Of a stretch of 53,706 bases of DNA, positions 35,601 through 44,821 are shown piece by piece. The number at the start of each line of letters is the position of its first letter. The first letter of the stretch is position 1. The stretch is from a virus (lineage: Duplodnaviria > Caudoviricetes): positions 1 to 53,706 of the IMG/VR virus record IMGVR_UViG_3300012971_000006; one strand, written 5' to 3'. The notes beneath the pieces were generated by a model. That model saw only the letters and a list, made by a program, of their open reading frames with translations, did not search any database and had not been told where the DNA came from. Both the position numbers and the translations under genes were made by a program.

Positions 35601-36641
35601 GTTGTCTTTGACGCGCACTAACTGCGGGTTGGCCTGCACGCCGCCGAAGCTCTTCGGCACGCCGCGCGCCGTGCAGCTGGCGAAGTCTTTCGGGCAGTCG
35701 GGCAGCGATGAGGTCGACGGGCAAAACGGGCCCTTGTAAATCTTCCAGCAGGTGCGCGACAGCTGCCGAAACGGGTAATTCAGCGTCAGCTCGAAAACGC
35801 CGTCGCTCGCGGGCAGCTGAAATTGACCGTCGCTGGTGAGAGCCCATGGCAGCGCATAGCCGCCCCACAGGTCGATTATGTAATTGCTGTTGACGTGGAA
35901 AAGTGAGAACCAGATTTGAGCGCGGAATAAATCGATCTGGTTGCCGTACTTAGTCCAGACGTCGTCGGCGTTGCCCATGATGAATTGCGCCGAGTCGCTC
36001 GATTCGCCGAGTGTTTGCGAGATGCCCGACCAGCTCGCCAGACGCGGCAGATAGAGCTGCCCGTCGATGGTGCACCGCTGATCGCTGATGTACAGAGCCG
36101 CCGGTGCGCTCGCGCCCGCCGGTGCGCGCGGCTGAATCTTGATCATTGGCACAAAGTGCTGCACCTGCGCGAGCAGCGCGTTGGTCAGAACCGTGTCGGG
36201 GAAGCGCGACACGCGCGCAGCCGAGGTAAAGCTCTGCGTCGCGGTCGGCACTTCGATCAGCGTGAGGCCCTGCACGGTCGCCATCAGCGAAACGAGCTGG
36301 TTGAGCGTGAGGTTTGGATTTTCATAGCGGGCTGTCACCGTGATATTGCCAGCCGCCGTCGGGTGCGTGTAGGGGAATTGCGCGTATTGCCCTTGCGCCT
36401 GCTGCCAGTGAGCTTTGAGCCGGTCGTACTCGTCGCAGCTCAGATGATCCTTGGAAAAACGAAAGCGCCGGAAGCCCGGGCCCAGCAGATAGCGCTGCTC
36501 GGTCTTGAGCCCGGGTTGGTCGAAAACGTGAGTAACGATCTGGGGCTCGTAATCGAGCCCGGCCCCATAATCGGCCTTGAGCGGAAAAGCAGCGATCACG
36601 GGAGGATCGGGAATCGGTACGGGCCCCAGATTGTCGCTCAT
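32613..36641 (-). CDS. Tail tip protein, apparent M-like + L-like + J-like fusion (1342 aa)
   Basis: GGAGG RBS and ATGA-coupled start 36641; CWKIYKGPFC...CPKDFASC...FGG 4-Cys motif as in lambda gpL; central putative phage-tail hub region. Confidence 0.82.
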   Translation of the reverse strand: MSDNLGPVPIPDPPVIAAFPLKADYGAGLDYEPQIVTHVFDQPGLKTEQRYLLGPGFRRFRFSKDHLSCDEYDRLKAHWQQAQGQYAQFPYTHPTAAGNITVTARYENPNLTLNQLVSLMATVQGLTLIEVPTATQSFTSAARVSRFPDTVLTNALLAQVQHFVPMIKIQPRAPAGASAPAALYISDQRCTIDGQLYLPRLASWSGISQTLGESSDSAQFIMGNADDVWTKYGNQIDLFRAQIWFSLFHVNSNYIIDLWGGYALPWALTSDGQFQLPASDGVFELTLNYPFRQLSRTCWKIYKGPFCPSTSSLPDCPKDFASCTARGVPKSFGGVQANPQLVRVKDNSTGVWGFGRSTITSVSIVDDTVYQRPVQEVYTDESMKVVCDVADGRDESEFYSAIGIVGEGPISAYSPNLIVHTLDGQPCHDPQHGGGWRGILGNDPAGVNDYFGLSAFPWNTVPAGSTYAGGLAFAEIRRTDDKGLQLSKISDRKMEVTVDQGIGGWIWKAPGNRVWSADLINSGLPNPGLANCVWVAINVYLRALGMRVTPATASSIPAGVMEQYFDVNAAIAAAQVCDKPVASLIVPTQTERQFPFRGVLKERKPLKDWLQEILNCCLGYFTFTNGKLWVGIRYHSGATNAFRPESTLFKSLQAQPLTPQFNWLVGQFGDEEFNWDLNSVTIYDIDHAQFLGATNGSTQYLTSSMNFVGVSNKSQCARIISTRLREELGGVGHDEQIKARHLGFRTTIIALASQVGDIISMTNARLPGGYIENRVQSWTLNPDYSIDIRGVCTTDSMYDLTFGPKPVDVPAAPGIAETLQSPTGLAWMPNTVGPVTDASGNSLDPVYTDARERTFDAWQDYNITREGVWSTAVFVSGENVINSYTEQVQPRIVGAYLTSGGALAGPQTVYISVGQHSSTGGGYTVPSNLIALWIPAGATGQAVHLDLVPATGSGWDTWDLYVGNDRRRIAWQLSTAAALPASYVFNGPIHPMTHELPEAAARRVRVMAKHVWHAGVVGVLITGVAHNKITSGDFIGSTDNWNGRILSTLADASDGSVPLWNFRVTSFDPSDGTFTVTPDPIRASPGDSVEPGDVMVVRSTATAAGNNYIEDSMWNNSVSNLQFDTTGLRPGEEIGRQVRILRGAGQGQVRAITGNTNIRLSVAPDWDTVPDATSIAIVEARDWSYQAETNDSDVLGLGDQFELRVRVDNIANFVVLLGGFLVDDQERLSDEEFAVYRDIFVFGEPPGVREIGPTPGDPDDPDANPWWTVFPTDQTLKADTSANDIEVHLLPLNVYQGRTLYVVNKNGPNKVVVKPYTDEALWDDSAAITIGPMKTARITATG

Positions 36642-37030
36642 GCGACCTCCCGTAATCCTAGCGACACCTCGCTGCGCGCGACGCCGATCTGCTCGGCCCA
36701 GTTGCCGTCGAATACGACGGTATAGCGGCCCACGGTCGAGCCGCCGGTCGCATCCCAAACAAAGTTGCTTTCGCGCAGGTTGTAAAAGTAGAACGCCTGA
36801 ATCAGATGCCCTTGAAAAAAGTTGTAGAGGGCCGTGTATTGCGCTGCGGTCACGCGGCGCGTGAAGCGAAAGAAGCGCCGCGCGTTGAGGGCCAGCGCGG
36901 CGCGGTCGCTCGACCCGTCGGGATACTTGCTGTTGATGTAGCTTTCAAAGCGCAGCTCTTCCTCGAATGCAGAGCAGAGCCCTTTGGGCATCACGTCGAC
37001 CGGGTTAGCCGGTAATAGGTTTCCTGGCAT
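36638..37030 (-). CDS. Distal tail protein (gpM/DUF2460-like)
   Basis: After tape measure; DGSSDR...RRFFRF...LYNFFQGH...AFYF pattern. Confidence 0.75.
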   Translation of the reverse strand: MPGNLLPANPVDVMPKGLCSAFEEELRFESYINSKYPDGSSDRAALALNARRFFRFTRRVTAAQYTALYNFFQGHLIQAFYFYNLRESNFVWDATGGSTVGRYTVVFDGNWAEQIGVARSEVSLGLREVA

Positions 37031-37033
37031 GCA

Positions 37034-40000
37034 TCACCGCAGCACGGTCGCCGGTTCCAAAAACGCCGCCGTTTGGGCCTGCCGACCTTGACCAGATCGC
37101 GCCGCCGTCGTGTTGGCGTCGCTCACTGCTCCCGGGTTGTCGCCGATGGCCTGCACGACCTGCCCTTGGAACAAGCTCACGGCCTGCTGCGGGTTGAGCT
37201 GCACATAGGTCGCGCGATTCGATAGCGCTTGCGCGACCTGCGTCGTCGTCGTGCCGGTGTACGGGTTGGCGACCAGCTGCCCGCCGCTGTACACGGGTTG
37301 CAGCTGCATGCCGCCCGCCGCCGACTGCGCAAAGGTCGCCGAGTACATCGGTCGCGGCAGACCTCCCTGCGACTGCCCGGTCGTCATCGCATAGAGCCGG
37401 ATCATGTCTTGCACGTCGGTCGAGTAAACGGCCATGCGCAAATCGCCGCCGTACTTCTGGTTGGCGAGGTCGATAATCTGCTGCCGCAGCTTGGCGTCGG
37501 CGAGGTCGACGCCGTAAGCCTGCCGCACGAGCTTGCGCACCTGCTCGTCTTTGGTATCGATGAATAGCCGCGCGATGCCGACCCCGATGCCGACCCCAGC
37601 TCCCACGATGCCGCCGATTACCGCGCCAGCGGCGAAGCCCAGCGGCCCGCCGACGGCCATGCCGATCATGGAGCCGATACCGACGCCCGCGAGCGCGCCG
37701 CCGCCGACATCCATGAGCAGACCGCTCGCGCCGCCGCGCTTCCAGCCCGCGCTGAGCAGACCGAGGCCCGCGCCAGCCGACGCGCCGGATATGGGATTCT
37801 GGCCGAACATTTTGGCGAGGCCCCAGCCCGCCATGGCGCCGCCCAAGATCCCTTGCGCACCGGCGACAAAGCCGCGCTTTGACAGACTGCTGGTGAACAT
37901 GCCGAGGCCCACGGTCGCGGCCATCGATTGCAGAAAGCCCATTGCTTTCGGATTGCTCAGAATGCGCGATAGCCCAGTGCCGCCGGTCGCAGCCGTGGGG
38001 CTGACGCCGCCGCTGCTGCTGCCGATGCCCGACAGCACAGAGGGCAGCGAGCCGATACCCTGCCCGGCGATAGTCGACGCGGGCACGTAATTCGGCAGGC
38101 CCGCACCCAGCGGCACCGGCCCGCCGCCCGCCGCATAGTCGCCGGTCGTAATCGGAGTAATCGAGCCCGTGCCGGTCGGGCCGGGCATGAAGGTTTCCCA
38201 CGCGCCGCCGCCGCCCGACGACGACGCCGCAGAGATCGCACCCGACGCGCTCGACGTCGTGCCAGCCGCGTCATTGATCACGCGCGACGCCTCGCCGACC
38301 GCCGCCGAGGATGCGCCGCCCGCCGCCGCTGCGGATGTGAGGGCGTTGGCCGCTGCGACCAGCGCGTTAGCCGCGCCAACGTGCGCGTTGGCTGCGACGA
38401 CCAGCGGCTGCGTGTTCTTATCGATGACGCTGCCGACGATGTCGCCATAGCCAATGTTTGAGCTGGCCGCACCTTTGGTCGAGGGCAGCTGAATCGAGGG
38501 CATCGGCCCGGCTCCCGGGAACACTGGGACGCGCGTACCCAGCGGGCCAGCCGTCATCGTAACCGCGCCGTAGCCCAGTATGCCGGTGAGCGCAGCGGCC
38601 ATTTGGCTAGTGACGACGCTTTTAATGGCCGACATCATCGTGTTTTTGAAGACGTCGCCGATAGCCGCCCAAACTGATTTGGATTTCTGGGTGAACGCGT
38701 CGAAGAGCTGCCCGGCGAGGTCTTGCAATTTGCCGTAGACCTCGCGCTGCTCTTCGATCATGATCTCGTTGGTCTGGCGCCACGCATCGAGCCGGATCTG
38801 CTCGACGTGCGTCGCGTTTTCCATGGCCTGCAATTCGCGTTCATGCTGCGCCTTGCGGTCATAATCGGCGAGCCGCCCAGCGATTTGATCCTCGCTCAGC
38901 AGACCGCTCGACCGCGCCGCCAGCTCGAATTGCCGCCGCGACTCTTCGGCGTTGCTCTCCTGCTGCTTCTGGATATCCTGAAGCGCTTGAATACTGACGT
39001 CGCGCACTTCCTGAATCTGCCGCAGCCGCGCGGCCACGGTTTGCGCGCCGCCCGCTTCGATAGCCTGCACCTGTAGATCGCGCGCCGCGCTGATAGCGGC
39101 AATGTTGTACTGCGTGATCTGGTCGCGCAGCTCTTTCTCGCGCTGGTATGCCGCCGCCAAATAGACCTTATCGGCTTGGGTGCGCGCTTCGTATTTCTTG
39201 TTTTGGTAGATGCCCTCTTGGGTGTCGATTTGATCCTGATGCGCTTTTCGCCACGCGTCGATATTCGACTGCGCGGTCTGCTCCAGTTGGAGCCGCTCGG
39301 CTGGCGTCTTGGCGTATTTCTCCGCAGCCGCTGCCGCGTCTTTGATGCCCTGAATTTGCTTATCGGTGAGCACCTGATCAAGCCGTATGGCTTCGTTGGC
39401 CTCGCTGCGGAAGTCGCCGATACGCTGCTGGTATTGCGCCTCGGCGAGGTCGATGCGGCTCTGCTGGGTATCCTCGCCGGGTATGGCTTCGAGCTGCGCG
39501 TATTGCGCTTTGCGTTGCAGCGCGGCGTTATCAACGATGGATTTTTCGCGGGCCTTGCGCACATCCTCCAGATGCTTTTTCGTCTCGGCGGCGATGTCGT
39601 ATTCGAGCGCGATCAGCGTGTCGTGCGTGGCTTTCGCGCTGATCTCGACCTCGCGAAAATGATCGACATAGGCGTAAGTGAGCGCAGCGATGCTTTCCTG
39701 CCCGACTTTCAGATACCGCTCGATGGCCTCGGCGCGGAATTTCTGGGCTTTATCCTCGGCCTCTTTGATCTTGGCTTCGTTGGCGTTGTACAGCGCGACG
39801 CGTTTCGCGCCCATGTCCTGCAATTTTTGGATGTACGCGTCGAGTTCCTCGTCGCTCATGCCCATGATGGAGCGCTGCCGCGTGCCCTTGTCCGCTTGGG
39901 CCGCGTAGCCGACGCCCTTCATGCCCTTGCCCTGTAGCTCGGCTTCCATCTTCTGGGCTTCGGCAATGCGCTTTTGATGTTTCTCCATCATGAGCCGGTT

Positions 40001-41221
40001 GGTCATGATTTGCTCGTCGCTGGTATCCTCGCGTTCCTCCATGTAGCGATAGGCGATGTAAGCCGCGCCAGCCGCAGCGAGCCCGATGAGCGACTGTTTC
40101 AACGCAATGTTGAAAGCCTCGACCTCGGCGGTCGCCGTAGCCGCAGCCGTGCCGATGGTCGTAAAGCCCGCCGATGTGCCCTCGACCAGCGTTACCATGC
40201 TTTGCCACGCGCCGCGCGCAATCGGCCCCAGCTTGGTCAGAAAGTCGACGACGCCGGGCAGCGCTTTCCATAGCGCGAATGCACCCGCGACGGCCTTGAC
40301 GCCGACAGCCAGAAACACCAGCGCGGCGGCGGCGTCTTTGACCCATTCAGGTAACCGCCCAAACACGCGCACGACCTCGGTCACGCGGTCGACCATGTCG
40401 CCCAGCAGCTGCGCGGCTTTGATCAGCGTCGGGCTGAGCGCTTCCTCGACGGCCTCGGCCAGCTCAACCACTTTGACATGCAGCTGACCGAAAGCCGCGC
40501 CGGTGAGCACGCCCGGGCCCTTAGCCCCCTCGCCCGCGCTCGACGCCTTCATGGCCTCATTCATCCGCTGCATGAAAGCCGCCGGATTCATCAGCTCCAT
40601 GTCGGCTTTGATCTGCTGCGCCGTCTGGTGCGTTTTGTCTTTCAGCTTGTCCATGGAAGTGATGCCCAGCTCGGCGAAGGTCGCAAAGTCGCGCTGGCTC
40701 ACTTTGTTACTGGCGTACATCTGCTGAATTTTCTGAGTGACGGTAACGACGGTGTCGGCGCTTTTGCCGACTTTGGCGGCTTGGTCGACCAGGATTTGCA
40801 GCTGCGCACCGGCCTGCCCGGCTGTCATGCCGACCGACACCAGATTCTGCATGCCCTCGGCGAGCTTGCTCAGATCGAAGCCCGTCGAGCGCGCAATCGT
40901 GCGCAGCCGCTCGAATCCTTCGAGGCTCCCGGTCATCGCCTCGATGCCCGCTTTGACGTTGTTTAGCTCGTCGCCGACCTCTATGAGATGCTTGACCAGC
41001 TCGACCAGCCCGACGCCCGCGATGCCCTCGGCGAGCTTATCGATGGAGCTGGCGCTTTCCTCGATGCTCGCCTGAAAACCTTCAATGGCATGTTCGCTCT
41101 GCTTGCTCGCGGCCTCGCTGGCCGCGCCGATACCGAGAATCTTTTTATTGAGCGTGTCGATGGCCGCGTCTGCGCCTTGCGACTGAAAATCGACCTGTAA
41201 GTAGATCTTATTCGCGGCCAT
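37034..41221 (-). CDS. Tape measure protein (1395 aa)
   Basis: Long Ala-rich helical protein after tail chaperones; Gly-rich hydrophobic C-terminal segments. Confidence 0.92.
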   Translation of the reverse strand: MAANKIYLQVDFQSQGADAAIDTLNKKILGIGAASEAASKQSEHAIEGFQASIEESASSIDKLAEGIAGVGLVELVKHLIEVGDELNNVKAGIEAMTGSLEGFERLRTIARSTGFDLSKLAEGMQNLVSVGMTAGQAGAQLQILVDQAAKVGKSADTVVTVTQKIQQMYASNKVSQRDFATFAELGITSMDKLKDKTHQTAQQIKADMELMNPAAFMQRMNEAMKASSAGEGAKGPGVLTGAAFGQLHVKVVELAEAVEEALSPTLIKAAQLLGDMVDRVTEVVRVFGRLPEWVKDAAAALVFLAVGVKAVAGAFALWKALPGVVDFLTKLGPIARGAWQSMVTLVEGTSAGFTTIGTAAATATAEVEAFNIALKQSLIGLAAAGAAYIAYRYMEEREDTSDEQIMTNRLMMEKHQKRIAEAQKMEAELQGKGMKGVGYAAQADKGTRQRSIMGMSDEELDAYIQKLQDMGAKRVALYNANEAKIKEAEDKAQKFRAEAIERYLKVGQESIAALTYAYVDHFREVEISAKATHDTLIALEYDIAAETKKHLEDVRKAREKSIVDNAALQRKAQYAQLEAIPGEDTQQSRIDLAEAQYQQRIGDFRSEANEAIRLDQVLTDKQIQGIKDAAAAAEKYAKTPAERLQLEQTAQSNIDAWRKAHQDQIDTQEGIYQNKKYEARTQADKVYLAAAYQREKELRDQITQYNIAAISAARDLQVQAIEAGGAQTVAARLRQIQEVRDVSIQALQDIQKQQESNAEESRRQFELAARSSGLLSEDQIAGRLADYDRKAQHERELQAMENATHVEQIRLDAWRQTNEIMIEEQREVYGKLQDLAGQLFDAFTQKSKSVWAAIGDVFKNTMMSAIKSVVTSQMAAALTGILGYGAVTMTAGPLGTRVPVFPGAGPMPSIQLPSTKGAASSNIGYGDIVGSVIDKNTQPLVVAANAHVGAANALVAAANALTSAAAAGGASSAAVGEASRVINDAAGTTSSASGAISAASSSGGGGAWETFMPGPTGTGSITPITTGDYAAGGGPVPLGAGLPNYVPASTIAGQGIGSLPSVLSGIGSSSGGVSPTAATGGTGLSRILSNPKAMGFLQSMAATVGLGMFTSSLSKRGFVAGAQGILGGAMAGWGLAKMFGQNPISGASAGAGLGLLSAGWKRGGASGLLMDVGGGALAGVGIGSMIGMAVGGPLGFAAGAVIGGIVGAGVGIGVGIARLFIDTKDEQVRKLVRQAYGVDLADAKLRQQIIDLANQKYGGDLRMAVYSTDVQDMIRLYAMTTGQSQGGLPRPMYSATFAQSAAGGMQLQPVYSGGQLVANPYTGTTTTQVAQALSNRATYVQLNPQQAVSLFQGQVVQAIGDNPGAVSDANTTAARSGQGRQAQTAAFLEPATVLR

Positions 41222-41225
41222 TCGG

Positions 41226-41580
41226 TCACCGGCGTTTTTTCATTTCCTCGACCTGCGCGCGGTCGCGTTCCTCAGCGATCTGCCGCAGCAGCAGAAACTC
41301 GGTGAAGGTCACATCAGACAGGCGCAGCGTTATTCCCACTTGCAGTGCTGCGTCGAGGTCGATTACCAGTGAGATCAGCTGGCCGACGGGCGACCCCAAA
41401 TGGCGTTGTAACTGCTGCTCCGGGCATCCATCGCACGGCGATTCTAAAGGCTCGTCGGCTGATTTCTCCATCTGCGCTTGCGGGCACGTCGCCGGTCCCG
41501 GGCACAGGTCTTTTCGACGGAACATGCGGTGCAAAAGAAAGCGCGGGGAAGGTTGTTCCGGCCAATCCCCGCCGACTAAA
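41226..41580 (-). CDS. gpT-like C-terminal part of tail chaperone, reached by -1 frameshift
   Basis: Open -1 frame from GAT TTT TAG: LVGGDWPEQPSPRFLLHRMFRRKDLCPGPATC...CDGC...EMKKRR*. Confidence 0.75.
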
Positions 41581-42184
41581 AATCTTCATCATTGCGTTTG
41601 ACGCTCAGCTCTTCCTTAATCGCATCCATCACGGCCCGGGCGACGTGGTCTTTGTGCAGCGCGGGCACGCCGCTCGGGTAGTCGGCGCTTTGCCCGCCGC
41701 ACTCGTCGTATACCTGCGCGCCAGCCATCACGTTAAAGCTGATGGTGTGCTGCCCGTGCGCGAGGTTCATGCGCTTGATGCAATTGCGCGTGAACACGGT
41801 CACCTGATCCATGGTCGGGATCTTCATCCGGTGATGCGTGATGCCTTTGACGATCAGCAGCTCGACCTCGGCCTCGACGCCGGTAATCGCGACGTCGAGC
41901 GTCTTGCAGACTGACAGCCGGTCGAGCAGGTCGGCGGCTTCGGCGGGCGTGAGCACCGGCGCGCCGTTCAGCGCGATGGTCGTATACAGCTTGATGTCCA
42001 GCTCGCCCGGCTCGGCGGGCACGTGCTCGGTGCCCCGGCCCATGTCGCGCACCAGAATTTTTTTCTTTTTGAGATGCGCCGACCATTCCTCGTCGGTCGG
42101 AAAGCGAATCTCGACGTCGGTGAGCGCGCCGCCCTTCGAGGCCGGTCGGGTCGGCACGACAATTTCAGCGGTGATATCGAACAT
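41576..42184 (-). CDS. Tail assembly chaperone (gpG-like)
   Basis: Between tail tube and TMP; ends in slippery GAT TTT TAG. Confidence 0.8.
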   Translation of the reverse strand: MFDITAEIVVPTRPASKGGALTDVEIRFPTDEEWSAHLKKKKILVRDMGRGTEHVPAEPGELDIKLYTTIALNGAPVLTPAEAADLLDRLSVCKTLDVAITGVEAEVELLIVKGITHHRMKIPTMDQVTVFTRNCIKRMNLAHGQHTISFNVMAGAQVYDECGGQSADYPSGVPALHKDHVARAVMDAIKEELSVKRNDEDF

Positions 42185-42188
42185 TGGG

Positions 42189-42338
42189 TTATTTCCTCGA
42201 AACGATCCAAACCAGCGTCAGCAGCGCGAGCCCGCAGCAGGTCCAATTCGGGCGCGTCGGCGGTGTGCGCGTGTCGACCGCGCCGATCAGGAAACAGATC
42301 AGCGCGCCGATCATCAAAACGACGTTCAGAATGTCCAT
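42189..42338 (-). CDS. 49-aa two-TM membrane protein (below ORF-track cut-off)
   Basis: MDILNVVLMIGALICFLIGAVDTRTPPTRPNWTCCGLALLTLVWIVSRK*; GGGGGAG RBS; exactly fills gap. Confidence 0.78.
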   Translation of the reverse strand: MDILNVVLMIGALICFLIGAVDTRTPPTRPNWTCCGLALLTLVWIVSRK

Positions 42339-42347
42339 AGCTCCCCC

Positions 42348-43457
42348 TCACAGACCGAGGATTGCGTCTTTGGGCGTGGTCGCCGACAGCGTCACATAGT
42401 CGCCGGTCGGCGGCTTCAGCGCGCGCACGGTGCACTGCACGGTGCAGATGCCGTCGGCCTCGCCGTTGGTCACGGCGGAAAAAACCGCGCGCGGAATCGA
42501 AATAGTAAAGTTGTTTTTCTGCGGGCCCGCGCCGATGGTCGCGCCCGTGACCGTGACGGTGACCGGCCCTTCGGTTTGCGGCGACGCGATCAGCGCGAGA
42601 TATTCCGGCGACCCCTTAGCCGCGCGCGCGACGAATTCGAGCGAGCACTCGCGGTTGCCGTACTCCATGCGCCCGCGAATCGCGTAATTATTCTGCGTGC
42701 CGCTGCCCGGGTAATAGCCGCTCGGCAGGCGCACGTTGTTATTCCAGCGGAACGTGAGCGAGATGAAACTCTGCGCGAGCACATAGTCGATGCCGATTAT
42801 GTTGATGGTCGCCGAGGCCGCATTCAGAAAATGCTCGGGCGTGATGGCGGGCCATGGCGTGTAAGTCGACGGCGCGGCAATTTTGCCGGTGCCGACGCAG
42901 TTCACCGAGACGCGGCAATTGGCGCGGCCCGGGCCCGATTCCATAGTGAGCGTCCAATCGTTCACGACCATGCCGATAGCGGCGCGGTCGATAACGCTAT
43001 CGGGCGGCGTGCGGATCTGCTCGGCATAGGTGAACGCTGGCAGGTTGATGCAATTCACGACCGGGTCGCTCGGCACGGCGGCATAAGTAAAGCCCGTGCC
43101 CGCCGCCGTTTTCGACGCCTTGCCCGTCGTGAAACAAAACAGCCACGCCATAAATTCGGAGCTGCAATACTTTTCTATCGGCACCGAACAATCGATGTTT
43201 GACGGGAAAGTTTGCGTCGGGAATTCATCCCCTTTCCCGATGTCGTTGGCGTCGTCTTCATTGACCGGGTTCACGACCATGAGGGCCGGGTTGGTTTTGG
43301 TCAGGCTCCAAATTTCAGCGACTGCATTAGCCGTCGCCAAGTCGCTTTGGGTTTTGAAGCCGAATGCGATTTTGGTTTCCCTGATATTCGCCGGGCACGA
43401 CGTCGGCCCTGCCAAAGGCATCACGTTTCCCGGCGGCGGTGTCGTTTGAGTTGCCAT
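42348..43457 (-). CDS. Major tail (tube) protein
   Basis: Position; 369-aa Thr/Ala-rich beta protein; AAGGAG RBS. Confidence 0.8.
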   Translation of the reverse strand: MATQTTPPPGNVMPLAGPTSCPANIRETKIAFGFKTQSDLATANAVAEIWSLTKTNPALMVVNPVNEDDANDIGKGDEFPTQTFPSNIDCSVPIEKYCSSEFMAWLFCFTTGKASKTAAGTGFTYAAVPSDPVVNCINLPAFTYAEQIRTPPDSVIDRAAIGMVVNDWTLTMESGPGRANCRVSVNCVGTGKIAAPSTYTPWPAITPEHFLNAASATINIIGIDYVLAQSFISLTFRWNNNVRLPSGYYPGSGTQNNYAIRGRMEYGNRECSLEFVARAAKGSPEYLALIASPQTEGPVTVTVTGATIGAGPQKNNFTISIPRAVFSAVTNGEADGICTVQCTVRALKPPTGDYVTLSATTPKDAILGL

Positions 43458-43471
43458 TTAAGATTTCTCCT

Positions 43472-43933
43472 TTATTCGGGCGGCGGCGCAATTTCCTTGG
43501 TCGTGGTTTCGATCACTCCGTGGTCGATGCCCTCTTCATCCGTCTCGAAATAGGCTCGGGCGACCTGTGTCGGGTCGAGCCCGGGCAGCAGCTGGCAGCG
43601 CAGCCAACACATGCCGTCGCCCGGGTCGGGCACACCGTCGACGATGTCTTTAATGAGCGTCAGTATTGAGCTGCCGGGCCGCGCGCGCAGCTGCAATTCG
43701 ACGTGATGCTCATACCATGCCATCTCGCCCTCGGTCATCACCATTTCGCGCCAGAGCACGAGCACGGTGCCCGACTTCTGGGAATAGACGGCGTTATTCA
43801 TCGAGTTGCGCACGCTCGCGATGTCGATATAGCCGATGATCGAAGCAGGCGAGCCGCCCAGATCCTCGACGACCTCGGGGATGCGTTGGAGCGTCGACAC
43901 AAACGCGTTTACTAGTTCGATCAGGTCAACCAC
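43472..43933 (-). CDS. Tail terminator-like protein (gpU position)
   Basis: Synteny and size. Confidence 0.65.
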   Translation of the reverse strand: MVDLIELVNAFVSTLQRIPEVVEDLGGSPASIIGYIDIASVRNSMNNAVYSQKSGTVLVLWREMVMTEGEMAWYEHHVELQLRARPGSSILTLIKDIVDGVPDPGDGMCWLRCQLLPGLDPTQVARAYFETDEEGIDHGVIETTTKEIAPPPE

Positions 43934-44372
43934 TTATGGGTACCCATGCTTTGTCGAGATGCGCGCCGTACTCGGCTTGCGCGGTCTTGAACACGGCCAG
44001 CTGGTCGCTTCCAGCGAATCCGATCATTTGCTCGAAGCGCGTCGCACTGTTGGCGTGCGCGCGGGCCTCGCGCGATGTGGCCTCGGCGCGAATCGATCCA
44101 TTGTTAGCCTTGCGCAGCGAAAAGTTGCGGCTGAGCGCGCCGGTCATGTAGTTATCGCGGATAGGTTCTTTCTTCAGCACCTTGCGCTTGATGGCGGCAT
44201 ATCTGGGCGACAGCTTTTTCGCGGGCACGCCGTCGGCGTTGAGGCCCTTTGCCCAGCGATCCTTTTGCGCCGCGACCATGGCCTCGCCGATAGCCGTGAG
44301 CGCACCGTTGTCGAGATTCGGGCCCTTGATCCTGCCCGTCTGCTTTACTCGCACGCCCACGCCCGCCGCCAT
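43926..44372 (-). CDS. Tail completion / virion morphogenesis protein (gpZ position)
   Basis: DG.P.KKLSPRYA..K...TGAL motif of virion morphogenesis proteins. Confidence 0.7.
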   Translation of the reverse strand: MAAGVGVRVKQTGRIKGPNLDNGALTAIGEAMVAAQKDRWAKGLNADGVPAKKLSPRYAAIKRKVLKKEPIRDNYMTGALSRNFSLRKANNGSIRAEATSREARAHANSATRFEQMIGFAGSDQLAVFKTAQAEYGAHLDKAWVPISG

Positions 44373-44821
44373 CAGAAAGTCTCCGTGCGGTCTTGCAGCA
44401 CGAGGCCGCTATGACCGGTAATGAAAGCGTCGACACGCACGACGTCATACTGCACGCCGTTTTCGTCGACGACGATGTCGCCTTGCTGCGGCCCGCCTGA
44501 GATATCGGAATTGCGCACGCGCGCGTGCGAATACCGGCCCGGCGACCGCTCTTCGCCCTCGACGCCCTCGGACCAGAGCAGCATGAGCTGCGTGCCCTGC
44601 GACGCCTCGCCACGCGGCCAGTATTCCGCCGCGCGACCGAATTCTGCGATCTCCGCATCCCAGAGCATCGGGACGTGCACGCTGATAAACCGGCTCACGG
44701 GCGCCCCCGCTGCGCGGCTCCCGGCTCCTATGGGCGAGAGTCCAGAAGCCGCGTTGTCGCGGGTGCTCACACCGTGCCCCCTGCCGAAGGCGCGGAGGGA
44801 ATTGGCGAAAGGCCGGGTCAT
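44372..44821 (-). CDS. Head-tail joining protein (gpFII-like)
   Basis: PQQGDIVV...YDVVRVD...LVL C-terminal pattern; after MCP. Confidence 0.7.
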   Translation of the reverse strand: MTRPFANSLRAFGRGHGVSTRDNAASGLSPIGAGSRAAGAPVSRFISVHVPMLWDAEIAEFGRAAEYWPRGEASQGTQLMLLWSEGVEGEERSPGRYSHARVRNSDISGGPQQGDIVVDENGVQYDVVRVDAFITGHSGLVLQDRTETF

